Made by a program: the position numbers and the translations under genes. A stretch of DNA of 63,395 nucleotides, the filler included, from Octopus bimaculoides (lineage: Eukaryota), in the NCBI RefSeq assembly GCF_001194135.2. It is 4 parts of 4 records of this genome, joined end to end, with 100 filler letters (N's around TTAATTAATTAA, not from the genome) between each part and the next. Parts side by side here need not be neighbours in the genome. Positions count along the whole stretch, not along the records: positions 21,773 to 52,800 come from NC_068997.1; positions 52,901 to 58,843 come from NC_068998.1; positions 58,944 to 63,395 come from NC_069005.1; 1 more part is not named here. One strand, given 5' to 3'. Below are positions 52,101 to 63,395 of the stretch, piece after piece (the stretch's first letter is position 1; every line of letters begins with the position of its first letter). The notes under the pieces were generated by a model that was given only the letters and a program-made list of their open reading frames with translations, searched no databases and was not told where the DNA came from.

Positions 52101-52620
52101 TTAGGTCATCTCGTAAATAACATGGTTTTTTATACTTCTTTTATTTTTCAAAATTAAGATAAACACAGTTCGCTTTAATCTAAAATATACTCGCCTTCAT
52201 TTTCTACAATGCTCTTCCATCTATCTGCTAGACTTGTGTAGACTTGCAAGGTCCCTCTTCCAAAATTCACTTGTCCGAGAAGAAAAATACTCCTCCAGTA
52301 CTGTTCTGACCTCGTCTACAAAATTCATATTACTTTCCATCCAAATGATCTCAGAGACTGCAGAATAAATGATAATTAGATCGGGCATTGTCCAGCAAAT
52401 ATGGTGGATGAGGCATCATTTCCCATTCAAACTTCTCCAGTCTTTGGAAAGTTATCCTTGCTGTATGTGGCTGAGCATTATCCTGATGGAAGAACACCTT
52501 TCGTCTTGAAACCAAAAAGGGACGTTTTTCTTCTAGCGATGAATGATTGAATGACCAAATCCAAGCTTTTTCTGTTAGTTTCTCAACAGTTACGACGGGA
52601 TTTTGTTCCATCAGGGTTTG
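52101..52620 (-). mobile_element. DD34D mariner 3' part
   Basis: VFFHQDNAQPHTA...PHPPYLLDNARSNYHLF has 34-residue spacing, with the last D replaced by N. Terminus TA-TTAGGTCATCTCGTAAATAA. Confidence 0.85.
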
Positions 52621-52800
52621 CAGGACGTCCTCGTCGAGCTCTACAGATCTTCCAGACGAGATTCGTCTTCTACGCTGTACTTTCCGGCACAGAACTTCTT
52701 AAACCATTGTTGACACTGGCCTCGGGCCGACCAAAACCTTGTGAGCGGATTTGATAGACGGAAACTGAAAGAAGCCCGTCGTATATATATATATATATAT

Positions 52801-52900
52801 NNNNNNNNNNNNNNNNNNNNNNNNNNNNNNNNNNNNNNNNNNNNTTAATTAATTAANNNNNNNNNNNNNNNNNNNNNNNNNNNNNNNNNNNNNNNNNNNN
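52801..52900. other. Artificial 100-bp join (44 N + TTAATTAATTAA + 44 N)
   Basis: Same architecture as 21673-21772. Confidence 0.95.
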
Positions 52901-53064
52901 AAATTATATATATATATATATATAATTTAGAGAAAAACCACTATTAAATAAGTCAATAATGAAGAATGTAATTCATACCCTCTAGAAAATAAAAATATCA
53001 TAAAAACCTTATTCTAAAAATCAATAAAGTGCATAAAAGAATAACTAGTAAATGATATAAAAAT

Positions 53065-53161
53065 GACTACACACATTTCGTGGCTATATTTTCAAATAGA
53101 TAACTAGTAAAACCAATTCGATTAATAATCAAATCAATCTACAATTAAATCTATGCAGGTC
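53065..53161 (-). ncRNA. Hammerhead copy with an internal deletion of the core
   Basis: GAC-CTG then loss of ACGAGTGACTATATTTTTG; the 3' half GCCAC-GAAAT-GTGT-GTA-GTC is retained. Confidence 0.55.
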
Positions 53162-53790
53162 TAAAATAAAATTAAAATTAAAATAATAATAAAAATATCA
53201 ATGTACGTATTGTAACTTATAATAAATATCAAATAAATATATAAAAGAATACTTGTTTTAACAATAAATAAATAAATAATCGAAAAGCATTTAACAATAT
53301 TTCTTAAAATAACATCATAACTTATCTTATCGAAGAATTGCTGTTAAACTAAAATTTTAAACGTAATATGTAGAACTTAACGTTTATAAGAAATATATCG
53401 TGTGAAAATACGGTGTAAATAAAAAAAATATGGAATAATGAGATGGAAATATGTATTTAAATCGTTTAGATGACATGATGTATTTTAGATGTGAAAATAA
53501 AAAAAAAATAACTAGTATATCATTTACTTGAAAATTTTAAAGTCTAAATAACTCAAATCTAAAATACGTAAAATACATTATATATTATATACGTAAATGA
53601 AGCTACATTACAATAATTAAATCTATTTTCATTAATTAATTAATTTATTTTATAAACATCTTAGTTTAATCTTATTCTAAATATGTAATATATCCTTTAT
53701 AATCTCGTGCTAATTTATACACATTCTACTACTACAAATCATAACTACAACAATTAGTAATATAAAATAGGGTTTATATAAATACATAAA

Positions 53791-54423
53791 TTAGCTAAAC
53801 TTATTATATAAATAATTTAATTTCTGTCTACATTGAATTTTTCGTTCATCTAGGGAATTAATCAATTTTTTATTATCAGTTAATAATATCTCCTTAAATT
53901 CATTAGTACATAATAAACAAAAAGCATTACCTATTCGATAAGATTTAGCCTTACAAACTATCTCCCAATTTAAATTGTACATAATATTTTTACATTTTAG
54001 TTCCCATATATATTTACTAAGGCCATAAGAATGAATTAAATTTCTATTCTTAAAAGAATTCATATGTTGAGCCACACGTAATTTAATTTTGTTAGAAGTC
54101 GACCCTATGTAAGTAGTATTTAAATTATAACCATTCATATTGTTATCATCAAGCAAAGTCACTACACATTTACATACTACATCCTCCAAATTACAGTTAT
54201 TATTAAATTTACATTTCTTTTTATCTGTACATGTACAATTAATTATGTTCTGGTTTGTCTTATTATTATTGGAATAATTACTTGATTTGTTTTTGTAAAA
54301 CTTATTAAGCTTCAATTTATTTAAAGAAGAAATAATATTACCAACATTATTAGTAACCAACTCCAAAATTATCACTAGAAAAAATGTTATTATATTTTTT
54401 ATTATCTCTAAGGAATAACTCAA
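53791..54423 (-). CDS. GIY-YIG endonuclease domain of a Penelope-like element (no RT, no true ATG start)
   Basis: NNVGNIISSLNK linker, CTCTDKKKCKFNNNC Cys cluster, VVCKCVV / TYIGST / KLRVAQH / LSKYIWELK / CLLCTNE / LINSLDE..CRQ. The frame starts with TTG right at the repeat junction. Confidence 0.85.
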   Translation of the reverse strand: MSYSLEIIKNIITFFLVIILELVTNNVGNIISSLNKLKLNKFYKNKSSNYSNNNKTNQNIINCTCTDKKKCKFNNNCNLEDVVCKCVVTLLDDNNMNGYNLNTTYIGSTSNKIKLRVAQHMNSFKNRNLIHSYGLSKYIWELKCKNIMYNLNWEIVCKAKSYRIGNAFCLLCTNEFKEILLTDNKKLINSLDERKIQCRQKLNYLYNKFS

Positions 54424-54484
54424 TTATATTTATAAGTTACAATACGTACATTGATTTTTTTATTATTATTATAATTTTATTTTA

Positions 54485-54612
54485 GACCTAACGAGTGACT
54501 ATATTTTTGAATAGATTTCATTGTAGATCGATTTGATTATTAATTGAATTATTAATCGAATTGGTTTTATTAGTTATTAATTTGAAAATATTGCCACGAA
54601 ATATGCGTAATC
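54485..54612 (+). ncRNA. Hammerhead copy with extended stem II, G5->A
   Basis: GAC-CTAACGA-GTGACTATATTTTTGAATAG...TTTGAAAATATTGCCAC-GAAAT-ATGC-GTA-ATC. Confidence 0.6.
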
Positions 54613-55084
54613 CTTTTTATACCATTTACTAGTTATTCTATTATGTACTTTATTGATTTTTAGAATAAGGTTTTTATGATATATATATATTTTTAGAGGG
54701 TATGAATTACATTCTTCATTGTTGAAAAAATTATTTCTAATAAGGATTCATCATATTCATAAAAATCAGCCAGAGCAACTAATAAGAATATGAAAATGAT
54801 ATTTGAGGTGTTTCATTATAGGTATAAAAATATACCATAAACACGTAAAAAAAAATGAAGAGAAAATGTTGAATCAGAAATAGATTTATTACAAAACTGG
54901 ATTCAATGCATACATACATTTCGAAAAATAATGCAAATATGTAAGAAAAAAATTCTAATCATAGTAATTATAATTATAATTAAATTTATGCATTGTCATT
55001 CTCATCGGTGTGAGGAATCTTTTGAAGAACAGCAAGAAAGTTTAATAAGATGAAATAGAATAAAATAAATTAAAAATAAAATAA

Positions 55085-55365
55085 TAGGTGCAAGAGTGGC
55101 TGTGTGGTAAGTAGCTTGCTTACCAACCACATGGTTCCGGGTTCAGTCCCATTGCGTGGCATCTTGGGCAAGTGTNNNNNNNNNNTATATATATATGTGT
55201 GTGTATATGTTTGTGTATCTGTGTTTGTCCCCCCAACATTGCTTGACAACCGATGCTGGTGTGTTTATGTCCTCGTCACCTAGTGGTTCGGCAAAAGAGA
55301 CCGATAGAATAAGTACTAGGCTTACAAAGAATAAGTCCCGGGGTCGATATGCTCGACTAAAGGCG
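55085..55365 (+). mobile_element. SINE family A, near full length
   Basis: aggtgcaagagtggctgtgtggtaagtagc...ggttcagtccc head, core lost in a small gap, tail to cgactaaaggcgg. Confidence 0.88.
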
Positions 55366-56361
55366 GGGAAAAATCAGATAATCTACAAACCAAGTTGTGA
55401 AAGGGAAAAATGATGATAACAATAATAATAGTGAGAGAGATGTAAAAGGAAAAAGAAAGACATCAATGTGTATGCAAGTCTATATGTGCATTAAAACTAT
55501 AACATTAGAATCTCACGGATATGTTTTAAAAAATATTAACAGGTTGAGACGAAATACAATGTAAACAAGGCTATGTGTGCCTAGTAGAGTACAACATTAC
55601 AATTTCACTAGCAGAAAAAAAACCCATAGAGAGTTATACGTATACATAATAATATTGAAAAGTGGGAAAAAAAATGTATAGAGAGAGACAAAGATCAAAG
55701 ACAGGGTAGGCCGGTGTGTTCGACAGAGGTCCCCCACTAAAAAAAAAAAAAAAAAGCCTGGGTAGGGGAGACAATCCAGTTTTAATCTATCATTCTGTCT
55801 ATAATATCTATATCTTAACTACCGTGACACCATAACATATTGTGTATCATATTTGCACAAGCACTAATATGTCGAATGTGTTTATTTATTTATTTATTTA
55901 TTTACATGTATATGGTAATAACATTTTTCTAAGGAACATTTGTGTTCAAGAAAAAATCCACACATCTGAATTTGTCATAGGTTAGCCTACCCGTAGAAAT
56001 GTGACTTCCTTTTGAAATTCTCCCTGAGCAAATACTCACTTGACTGGTTTCGAATATGAGAATTTGAATTGAATTTTATTTCTGTAATTGAATTGATTGG
56101 GTGTGGGAACAGATGTAGTCAGGAATTTCTCTGTATGAATTTGAATGTATTTAAATAAATAACATCTGAAAGTCAATTTTATCCATTTTCTCATTCATAA
56201 AGTTTTTAAAATACCTATATGTTTCAATGATAATCTAACATACTTGATTTTCACTGAATGCTGATATAAACCAGAGAACTGGGATGCTTGCATCTCTTAA
56301 AGGAATTTAGTTCCTTGTCTTAATAAAATACATACACATATATATACACATACATACATAC

Positions 56362-56404
<43 letters not shown>

Positions 56405-56408
<4 letters not shown>

Positions 56409-56610
56409 TGTTACTCGTTTCAGTCATTTGACCATGGCCATGCTGGAGCACTGCCTTTATTCGAACAAATCAACCCCAGGACTTATTGTTTGTAAGCCTA
56501 GAACTTATGCTATCAGTCTCTTTTGCCAAACTGCTAAGTTATAGAGGAGTAAAAACACCAGCATTGGTTGTCAACTGATGGTGGGGGCACAAATGCAGAC
56601 ACACAAAGAT
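56405..56610 (-). mobile_element. SINE family A tail
   Basis: tttcagtcatttgaccatggccatgctggagcactgcc. Confidence 0.8.
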
Positions 56611-56611
56611 A

Positions 56612-57500
56612 TGCAGTTGACTTGGTGCTCTGCTACCTCCTCTAGTGTCTGGTCCCAGTGAGCGTCGTCCTCCAATAGTCCATGCTTGGTGCAGGCTTCT
56701 CTGTAGATCATGCAGATTTCCTCATTGTGTCTTCAGAGGTCTGACAGTGAGCAGCAGTAGATGCAAAAAGAAGCACTCCTGCTGATTAGGGTGCACAGTG
56801 TACACCCACTCAATGGCCCCACTTCTGAAGACAGCATATTCTTCCCAGCCCCCAATGCGTGCTCCTTGCTTGTGTCTCTTCCATCTATCGTGTGCCCAGT
56901 TATAGTACACGGGAACCTCAACATACAACAGTGTTCAGGCAAACAGATCACATTGGCATAATTTGAAGAAAGCTGTCAAGTGGTTTCTGGTGGATTCAGA
57001 ACTACGTTTTGAGCATTGTCTTCAGTGAAATATACACACTGGCCATTTTCAAGATGTACAGATAGATTCACCACTTTTGGATGCCACTCATAGATTTTGA
57101 AGCCCAGGATGCCCCACATTGCCTTGTTAGAGGAAATACACCTACCCAACTTATATTGCTGAATTTCATCTCCTGCTTGCCTTCCTGTTCAAGTCTCCAA
57201 ACCACCATATCTGAGCCCTTATTGATGTATTTACATATATATTTAATACTTTTTATAAAGTTGCATGACTCAACATTAACATGGGTCTGCAATGTTTTAG
57301 ACAGCAATGGGTTGTAGGGCATGATCCACCTGTTGTCAATTTCCATCCCTTGACCATTAACTTTGAGCTTGATAGTGTTTCCACCATACACACACACATA
57401 CATACACGCACATATGTTTTGACCCTGACAATTCTTTGTTTTACAAATGATCATTGCTCTCATGTGTGTGATGTTTGTTTCAAGTCTGTTGTGCAAGACA
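56612..57500 (-). mobile_element. Helitron RepHel fragment, frameshifted
   Basis: IDNRWIMPYNPLLSK...HVNVESCNFIKSIKYICKYINKGSD; YVEVPVYYNW...YTVHPNQQECFFLHLLL; YREACTKHGLLEDDAHWDQTLEE. Confidence 0.9.
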
Positions 57501-57529
57501 TATCTGGCTTTGAGTGAATATTACTTCAT

Positions 57530-57559
57530 TTCTACAACCAGATGCATCTGGTTGTAGAA
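57530..57559. repeat. Perfect 30-bp palindrome
   Basis: TTCTACAACCAGATG|CATCTGGTTGTAGAA with no spacer. Confidence 0.95.
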
Positions 57560-57796
57560 TATCTGCTTCAACAATGATTTCCTTCAGACCCATAGAAAGA
57601 AGGAAAAATTGATGTTAAAGTGTTGATATAGGCACACACATACAAACACCAAATAGGAAAAATGATTATTTCCTTTTTTCACTTGAACTAATATGATATT
57701 TCAGTTTATCTCTTAAAATTTACTCTTGCTTTATATATGTCCATAACCTGTTGTCATTGTCTTTATTCTAAAACTGTATATACTTTTATTTTACAG

Positions 57797-57897
57797 TAAG
57801 TCTTGAGGTGGACAGAGTAGGATGGAAAAACTTTCTGAGCAGATCCTCGCACACTTTCCTGAAGCTGAAATAAAATCTATGGAGAGTCCCACTAGAG
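57797..57897 (+). CDS. Internal exon of an Rdx-family selenoprotein (SelW2/MIEN1-like) with in-frame TGA read as Sec
   Basis: Acceptor tacttttattttacag| and donor |gtaaga; 101 nt, phase 2 in and phase 1 out. Translation (C)KS-TGA-GGQSRMEKLSEQILAHFPEAEIKSMESPTR(G), with TGA at 57804-57806. Confidence 0.8.
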
Positions 57898-57909
57898 GTA
57901 AGATTTATT

Positions 57910-58380
57910 CTATTATGTTAATACTAGTAATAATGAAATTATTGTATACAGTGCTCAGGTGCACTACAACTTGTCAAAAGTGCATATGAAGCATACATGC
58001 AGTAATGTACAAATGTCTGGAAAGTGAACAGTGTATGAGTCAGATACATGCTTGCATGTGTATAGAGGGGAGAAAATCAGGTGTAGTGTTGGCGAATCTC
58101 AGGAAGCATGGAAGTTTTGAAGGATGCAGGGCTCCGACAACTAACAACTGATGCTGGCAGTTTGTTCCATACTTCAGCAACTCTTAGTGTGAAAAAATGT
58201 TTCCAAAAGTCATGGGAGCTGTGCTGTTTTCTGACTTTATAAACATATCCACGGGTGTTAGACGGGTGGAGTTTGAAAAGGTGCTCAGAATTATTGTTAG
58301 TAAGATGGTTAATAATTTTATGGGTGTTATATATCCATTTTGCATTATTCTCACAGATCACTGAGATAAATAGTAATATA
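57910..58380 (-). mobile_element. CR1-clade LINE 3' end
   Basis: NTRGYVYKVRKQ...KHFFTLRVAEVWNKLPASVVSCRSPASFK followed by a 3' UTR. Confidence 0.85.
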
Positions 58381-58843
58381 TCAGGATATTATGTTTGAAA
58401 AATTAGAGTTCCATACCTTCATAAGGCAATGGGAACCTCTGGGTCTTGAGCAGAGTTGTTAATTCTGTAGCAGAGATGTGTTTTGTCAGAGTAACAATCT
58501 TCAGCCTTTTAGCATTTAAACTAGCCACACTAGTTTTGTTTGTACTGGCTGCATCTAGTCTAGCACACCTTATCTAAAATTAATCTAAAAATAAACAATT
58601 ATGTTATTGAAATCTGAAAGCTATGGCATAATGCATGATTATTTCAAAACAATTGTAGTAACGCCTGCGCATGCGTAGTCTTACGCATGCGTAGAATTAA
58701 ACAAGCAAGCGTTTCCCGCGCAATTCATTCTCTTTCTCGCTGGCCAGCGATTGAGCATGGACGTGTGTTTAAGCTGTCTCTCTACATCTTTCAGTCTTAC
58801 ACTCGACAGCTCGTTATTCTCACCTCTAAAGATGTATAACTAA

Positions 58844-58943
58844 NNNNNNNNNNNNNNNNNNNNNNNNNNNNNNNNNNNNNNNNNNNNTTAATTAATTAAN
58901 NNNNNNNNNNNNNNNNNNNNNNNNNNNNNNNNNNNNNNNNNNN
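58844..58943. other. Artificial 100-bp join (44 N + TTAATTAATTAA + 44 N)
   Basis: Same architecture as the other two. Confidence 0.95.
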
Positions 58944-59961
58944 TGTATGTATGTATGTATGTATGTATGTATGTATCTATTTTATAATGATTGAAGAAGT
59001 GTGGGACTGTTTGTATTTTATTTTATTAAAAAAGTCATATTACTTTGAAGAAATTATAAATGAATATTAATAAATTCTTAAACTGTAAAGTTTATTTGTA
59101 TATTAGACATAAATTATAATGCTTAATATTACAAGATTCGCTTCTGTTTTAAATGTCAACCTCCATTTTGAATTCCAAATGTAAACAAATAGCTTTTCTT
59201 CGCATTCATAGAAAATTTAATAAAGCAAAAAAAAAAACAAACGAGTAAATTAGTTTAAAAAATGTTACGGGGTGAAAAAAACAACAATCACTATCTAATA
59301 GAATTAAGTTTTCAAATTGTGTTAGACTGCGGTCATACTGGAGTACCACCTTGAAATTATATAGTCCATAATATCATCTCCTAACACAATTCTTCGCACA
59401 AGGTCAGATGTATGTTGCATTATCAAGAAAAAAGATATAAAAATATTACCTGAGATAAATGAAAAAGGTCTCTTTGCTGAAAGTTGTGTCTGCAAAAAAT
59501 TCTACAGTGATGTGAGACATTCATTACACTCTTTTAATTGAAATGTATTTAAGTTGCTTTTTAATTGCTAGGAAAGCGACGCCAGAAACACTTAAGCCGT
59601 CTAAAAGGGAATATAATGAAGCAACAATATAGCAAAACTCCACTCTTCATATTGGTAAATATAATTCATTAATTCCCACCAGAGCATCTATTTTCAGTTT
59701 CACTCAAGTGAAGATTCGTGAATATTTTCCTTTGACAGTCTCATCTCTTTTCCAAATTTCATTATCGTCTTTTTAAAATGTATCATGGATTATTTTACTG
59801 ATTACAGAATAAACTATAACAGGGTCTTTGTTCAATTCATGAGCATATTGTCAATTTGCTCTATAATTTATATAATATACCTATATGTATATATAATATG
59901 AATATGCGGAACACATGCTAGCAGAAAACCGCCCGGAGGGCGGTTTTTCTGTTAGTACATG

Positions 59962-60029
<68 letters not shown>

Positions 60030-60899
60030 ACCTATTAAATTCCACAGTCCTTACCCCTTCTCCACAGGGGAGCTCTTCAAAATCCTCACTTTCTCAGAAC
60101 AACACAAGAGATCCATCATCATCATTGTCATCTTATTGTACTGCAGCGACCATTTCCACCACTACTACTACTCAAAGTAGTGAAGAGTCAATCAGTTCTC
60201 ATCCCTGCTGTCCACCTCAATCTGATAGCATAACTCACAGCTCCACTATAAATCTGACAACTATAAATAAAGTAAAATCTATGATCTGTCAACTGCCCCC
60301 TCCAACACATACACAAAACCCCAAAATTGCCGCTATCCTCTACGTGAGACACTATGTATATACAGTGACTGCAATTTTCCCTACTTATCAGGGACAAGAC
60401 GCACAATTCGTACAAGCAACACCAGCCAACGCCAAAACACACTTCTTAAAGCACTACCACCACCAAATAATAAATCAAATTTAAAAGCTTCCATACATGT
60501 TACATGGAACTCTAAAATCTGCCGCTATTCCCAACGTGAGAGATTATGTCTGAAACGTGATGACCCCTTCACTTATCTTCCAGGGACTCGACGTACTATC
60601 AAAAGCTTGACTTCAAACCACCACCAAATCCACAATAAAAACATAGTAATACTGAGCGAGACTTTTCCCAACACTTAGAAGTCACCCAGTTATACACTGA
60701 GTACAAAAGTAAAAATAACAAGCCATATAACTGTAACTATATCCAACAGGGCAGCCACAACTCCAGAAACCAAGCACTCCCAAACCAAGAAAATACTTTT
60801 TTAGCCATGTTCAATCTGGCAAACGAAATTAAGAAAATCTTTGAGTTCTCACACAACACCAACCACTGCTATTACTTCAGTGCACAAATTATTCCCATA

Positions 60900-62760
60900 T
60901 ATGTAACTCAATTATAATGTTGAATACCCACATAGGTAACTTAATTATAATGTTGAATATACAAGGTCTCTCACATTTCACAAATCGAACAAAAGTATCA
61001 CATCTCAGAGACTTTGCAGACAGAGAAAAGACATTGTGTGTGGCATTGTGTGTGACATATTGGAGGCAGAAGTACATGTCAGTTTATGTACTACACAAAA
61101 TTGATTGCAGAACATGCAAACGGGGAGGAGTAGCATTCTACATCCGTGAAGACCTAGAAACAAATGTCCTCCTCTCCCACTTCAACAATAGTGCATGTGA
61201 CCGACCTCAATGTGATCATAGGCATCACTGACCATCCTGCTGATGCGGCTAATCACGGAGATCACTTCTCAACATCACGAAAGTCTTTCTCATGCAACAA
61301 ATCCTCACCTATCCAACTCGGAGAAATGACATACTCGACCTAGTCTTTACCACTAATACAGACTTTGTTCACAATGTTCAGGTCATTCCAACTGCTATTT
61401 CTGACCACAACATGATACAAATATCTGTATATGGTTCAAAGGTAACAACACATACAAGTAATATCAAATGTGACTCTCCCCTCATGAACTTGAATTTCAG
61501 GAAGACCAACTAGAAAGAAATCTAAAGTGCGATCCTCAAAACAAACTGGTTTCAACATATTGCCAACCTCAATGTTAACGAGGGAATTAAGTTCTGTGCG
61601 ACCAGATAACCATGATATCTATCAGAAGCGTGCTCCACATAAACATCTCTATTTCCGCAAAAATTTGATTTCACGGGATAGACGGATACTAATGCGTAAC
61701 AGAACCACAGTTATAAAACAATTGAAGAACCTAATTCTCTATACAGACGAGATTGCGAAAAAAAAGTAAGTAAATACGGAACATTGAACTAAATCTCAAA
61801 ATGTCTTATGAAAAAGAAACTTCGCTAAAGGAACATCGAACAGTGGAAAATATAAAAGCCAATCCTAAGTTCTTTTTCCAGTTTGCTAAAAAAGAAATCA
61901 TCCACACATAACCAGGTTGGCCCACTAATGGACCAAAATGGATCATATATTAATGATTCATCACAGATATGCGCACTCTTGAGTTAAGAATACAACAGTG
62001 CTTTCCCTCAACCTATGATCGACAAAATAGTGCATAATCCAAAGGGATTCTTTGATCCCCAGAATTCAACTGCACAGACACGTCTAGAGATTTTAGATAT
62101 TATGGAAGACGACATAGTTACAGCTATTTATGATCTAGATTCAAATTCAGCACCAGCACCAGATGGTCTCTCAGCTAACTCTAGGGAAAACCTTAGTTCT
62201 GAGCAGATTAGCTTACTGCTCACAGCTTTGGTCTCCAAATTCTCCCGGTCTCATTGAAGAAATTCAAGGGTTACAAAGAACATTCAACAGCAAAATAACT
62301 TCGGTGAATGGCCTTAATTACTGGGAATGCCTGAAAGCTCTGCGTCTCTACTCTCTTGAATGCCGAAGAGAGAGATATACTATTATATACGTATGGAAGA
62401 TTCTGGAGGGGCATGTTCCTACCATCGGCATTGAAGCGAATTTTATTGCTTGAGCTGGTAGGTACTGTCAGCTTTCAAATGTACCGTCTTCAAACTCACG
62501 AGAAAAAAACACTCTACTGTACCAGTTTAATATTCAGAGGTCCTCAAGGATTCAATTGCTTAACCCAAAGAGATTATAAATATAACAGGGACCTCTACTG
62601 AAACTTTCAAAAAAAGCAATGGATGAATTCCTAACGACGATGCCGGACCGACGAAACATTCAACGATACACTCAGGGGAGATCGGCAACTACATATTCGA
62701 TCATCGACCAACTTTCAATCATATAGCGAAAGCAAAGATAAAAAAGAAAAAAAAATTATA
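60900..62760 (+). mobile_element. CR1-like LINE ORF2 remnant (APE endonuclease, RT N- and C-terminal parts, RT core missing)
   Basis: LNIQGL...RGGVAFYIR; PTRRNDILDLVF...SDHN; KANPKFFF; DSNSAPAPDG joined directly to LVLSRLAYCSQLWSP...LYSLECRRERYTIIYVWKIL. Confidence 0.88.
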
Positions 62761-62835
62761 TTAAGATGGCGCTCCAGCATACCCGCAGTCCGGCAACTGA
62801 AACCATTAAAATAATAAATAGACAAATACATACAT

Positions 62836-63010
62836 ACAGGTGTGGCTATGTGGTAAGTAGCTTGCTAACGAACCACATGGTTCCATGTTCAGTCCCAATG
62901 CGTGGCACCTTGGGCAAGTGTCTTCTACTATAGCCTCGAGTCGACCAAAGCTTTGTGAGTGGATTTGGTAGACGGAAAAAGAAAGAAGCCCGTCGTGTAT
63001 ATGTATATAT
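62836..63010 (+). mobile_element. SINE family A head and core
   Basis: caggtgtggctatgtggtaagtagc...ccttgggcaagtgtcttctactatagcc...aagaagcccgtcg. Confidence 0.88.
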
Positions 63011-63062
63011 AATATATATGTATGTATATATATATAGACAGTCTGTTAAAGTCTGTCATATC

Positions 63063-63102
63063 GGCCATGACGAAGGGAAATAGCCCTGAAACTCGAGTCG
63101 CC
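63063..63102 (+). ncRNA. Minimal type I hammerhead motif (PLE type) with one extra A in the core
   Basis: GGC-C(A)TGACGA-AGGG-aaatag-CCCT-GAAAC-TCGA-GTC-GCC. Stem I is GGC/GCC, stem II is 4 bp, ACTCGAGT is palindromic, and the cleavage triplet is GUC. Confidence 0.6.
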
Positions 63103-63395
63103 TTTATATATTTATATTTATATTTATATATTTGATCCTTTATATTGAACACTCAATATTTCATCTACATTCAATACATTATTTCATGGTGCCATCCATT
63201 TTTATTTTATTTTATTTTATATTATATATTGTATATTATATTATATATTGTATATTCCATATTCTATACCCCACATTGGTTCTGCAGGAATATAAATAAA
63301 ACATAAAAAACAGACAGTGTTGGAACTCTTTTAAACAAAATAATATATTCCTCTATACACAATCATACAAAAAAACCACCTTTTTTGTATTTATT

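Larger units (their letters stand above)
52921..54740 (-). mobile_element. 5'-truncated Penelope-like element: GIY-YIG ORF between inverted roughly 300-bp terminal repeats
   Basis: About 52950-53230 is the reverse complement of about 54426-54740. Each arm carries the same hammerhead motif. (TA)n lies at the left flank. Confidence 0.8.

Noticed and set aside
58665-58700. NRF1-like GCGCATGCGT motifs as a promoter (also about 44227)
   Set aside because: Short CpG motifs with no other promoter evidence; they could equally be repeat-derived.
63067-63090. SECIS element (ATGA...AAA...GA)
   Set aside because: Only 7 nt lie between ATGA and AAA, against about 11-12 for SECIS helix II. The hammerhead fold explains the sequence better.
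57898-63395. Third exon of the selenoprotein (expected G-x-F-E-[VI])
   Set aside because: Candidate acceptors at about 57957, 58385, 59697 and 59823 give early stops or lie in LINE sequence. PEINEKGLF at about 59447 lacks a compatible acceptor. The exon is probably in a gap or beyond the window.

Overview
AT-rich, gap-ridden animal genomic DNA. It is most likely octopus (coleoid cephalopod), inferred from the recurring tRNA-derived SINE families and dense microsatellites; this was not checked by a search. Almost all listed ORFs are microsatellite or N-gap artefacts. The window is mostly transposon debris: several SINE families, DD34D mariner and DD37D/maT remnants, two MITE types, a HERO/NeSL-like and an R4-like RLE retrotransposon, RTE and CR1 LINEs, a Helitron fragment and many Penelope-like (PLE) remnants. 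Three 100-bp blocks (44 N + TTAATTAATTAA + 44 N) are artificial joins. Two signals stand out. (1) A 101-nt spliced exon at 57797-57897, missed by the ORF track, reads (C)-K-S-TGA-G-G-Q-S-R-M-E-K-L-S-E-Q-I-L-A-H-F-P-E-A-E-I-K-S-M-E-S-P-T-R-(G). This fits a CxxU Rdx-family selenoprotein (SelW2/MIEN1-like). A candidate first coding exon (M-I-H-Y-C|GTAAGT) lies at 47148-47161. (2) A set of type I hammerhead ribozyme motifs sits in PLE-type terminal repeats, most with an unusually long stem II. One copy has an intact core (48681-48794), and two copies lie in inverted repeats around a 5'-truncated GIY-YIG endonuclease ORF (52921-54740). Coordinates of degenerate repeats are approximate because they were read by eye.
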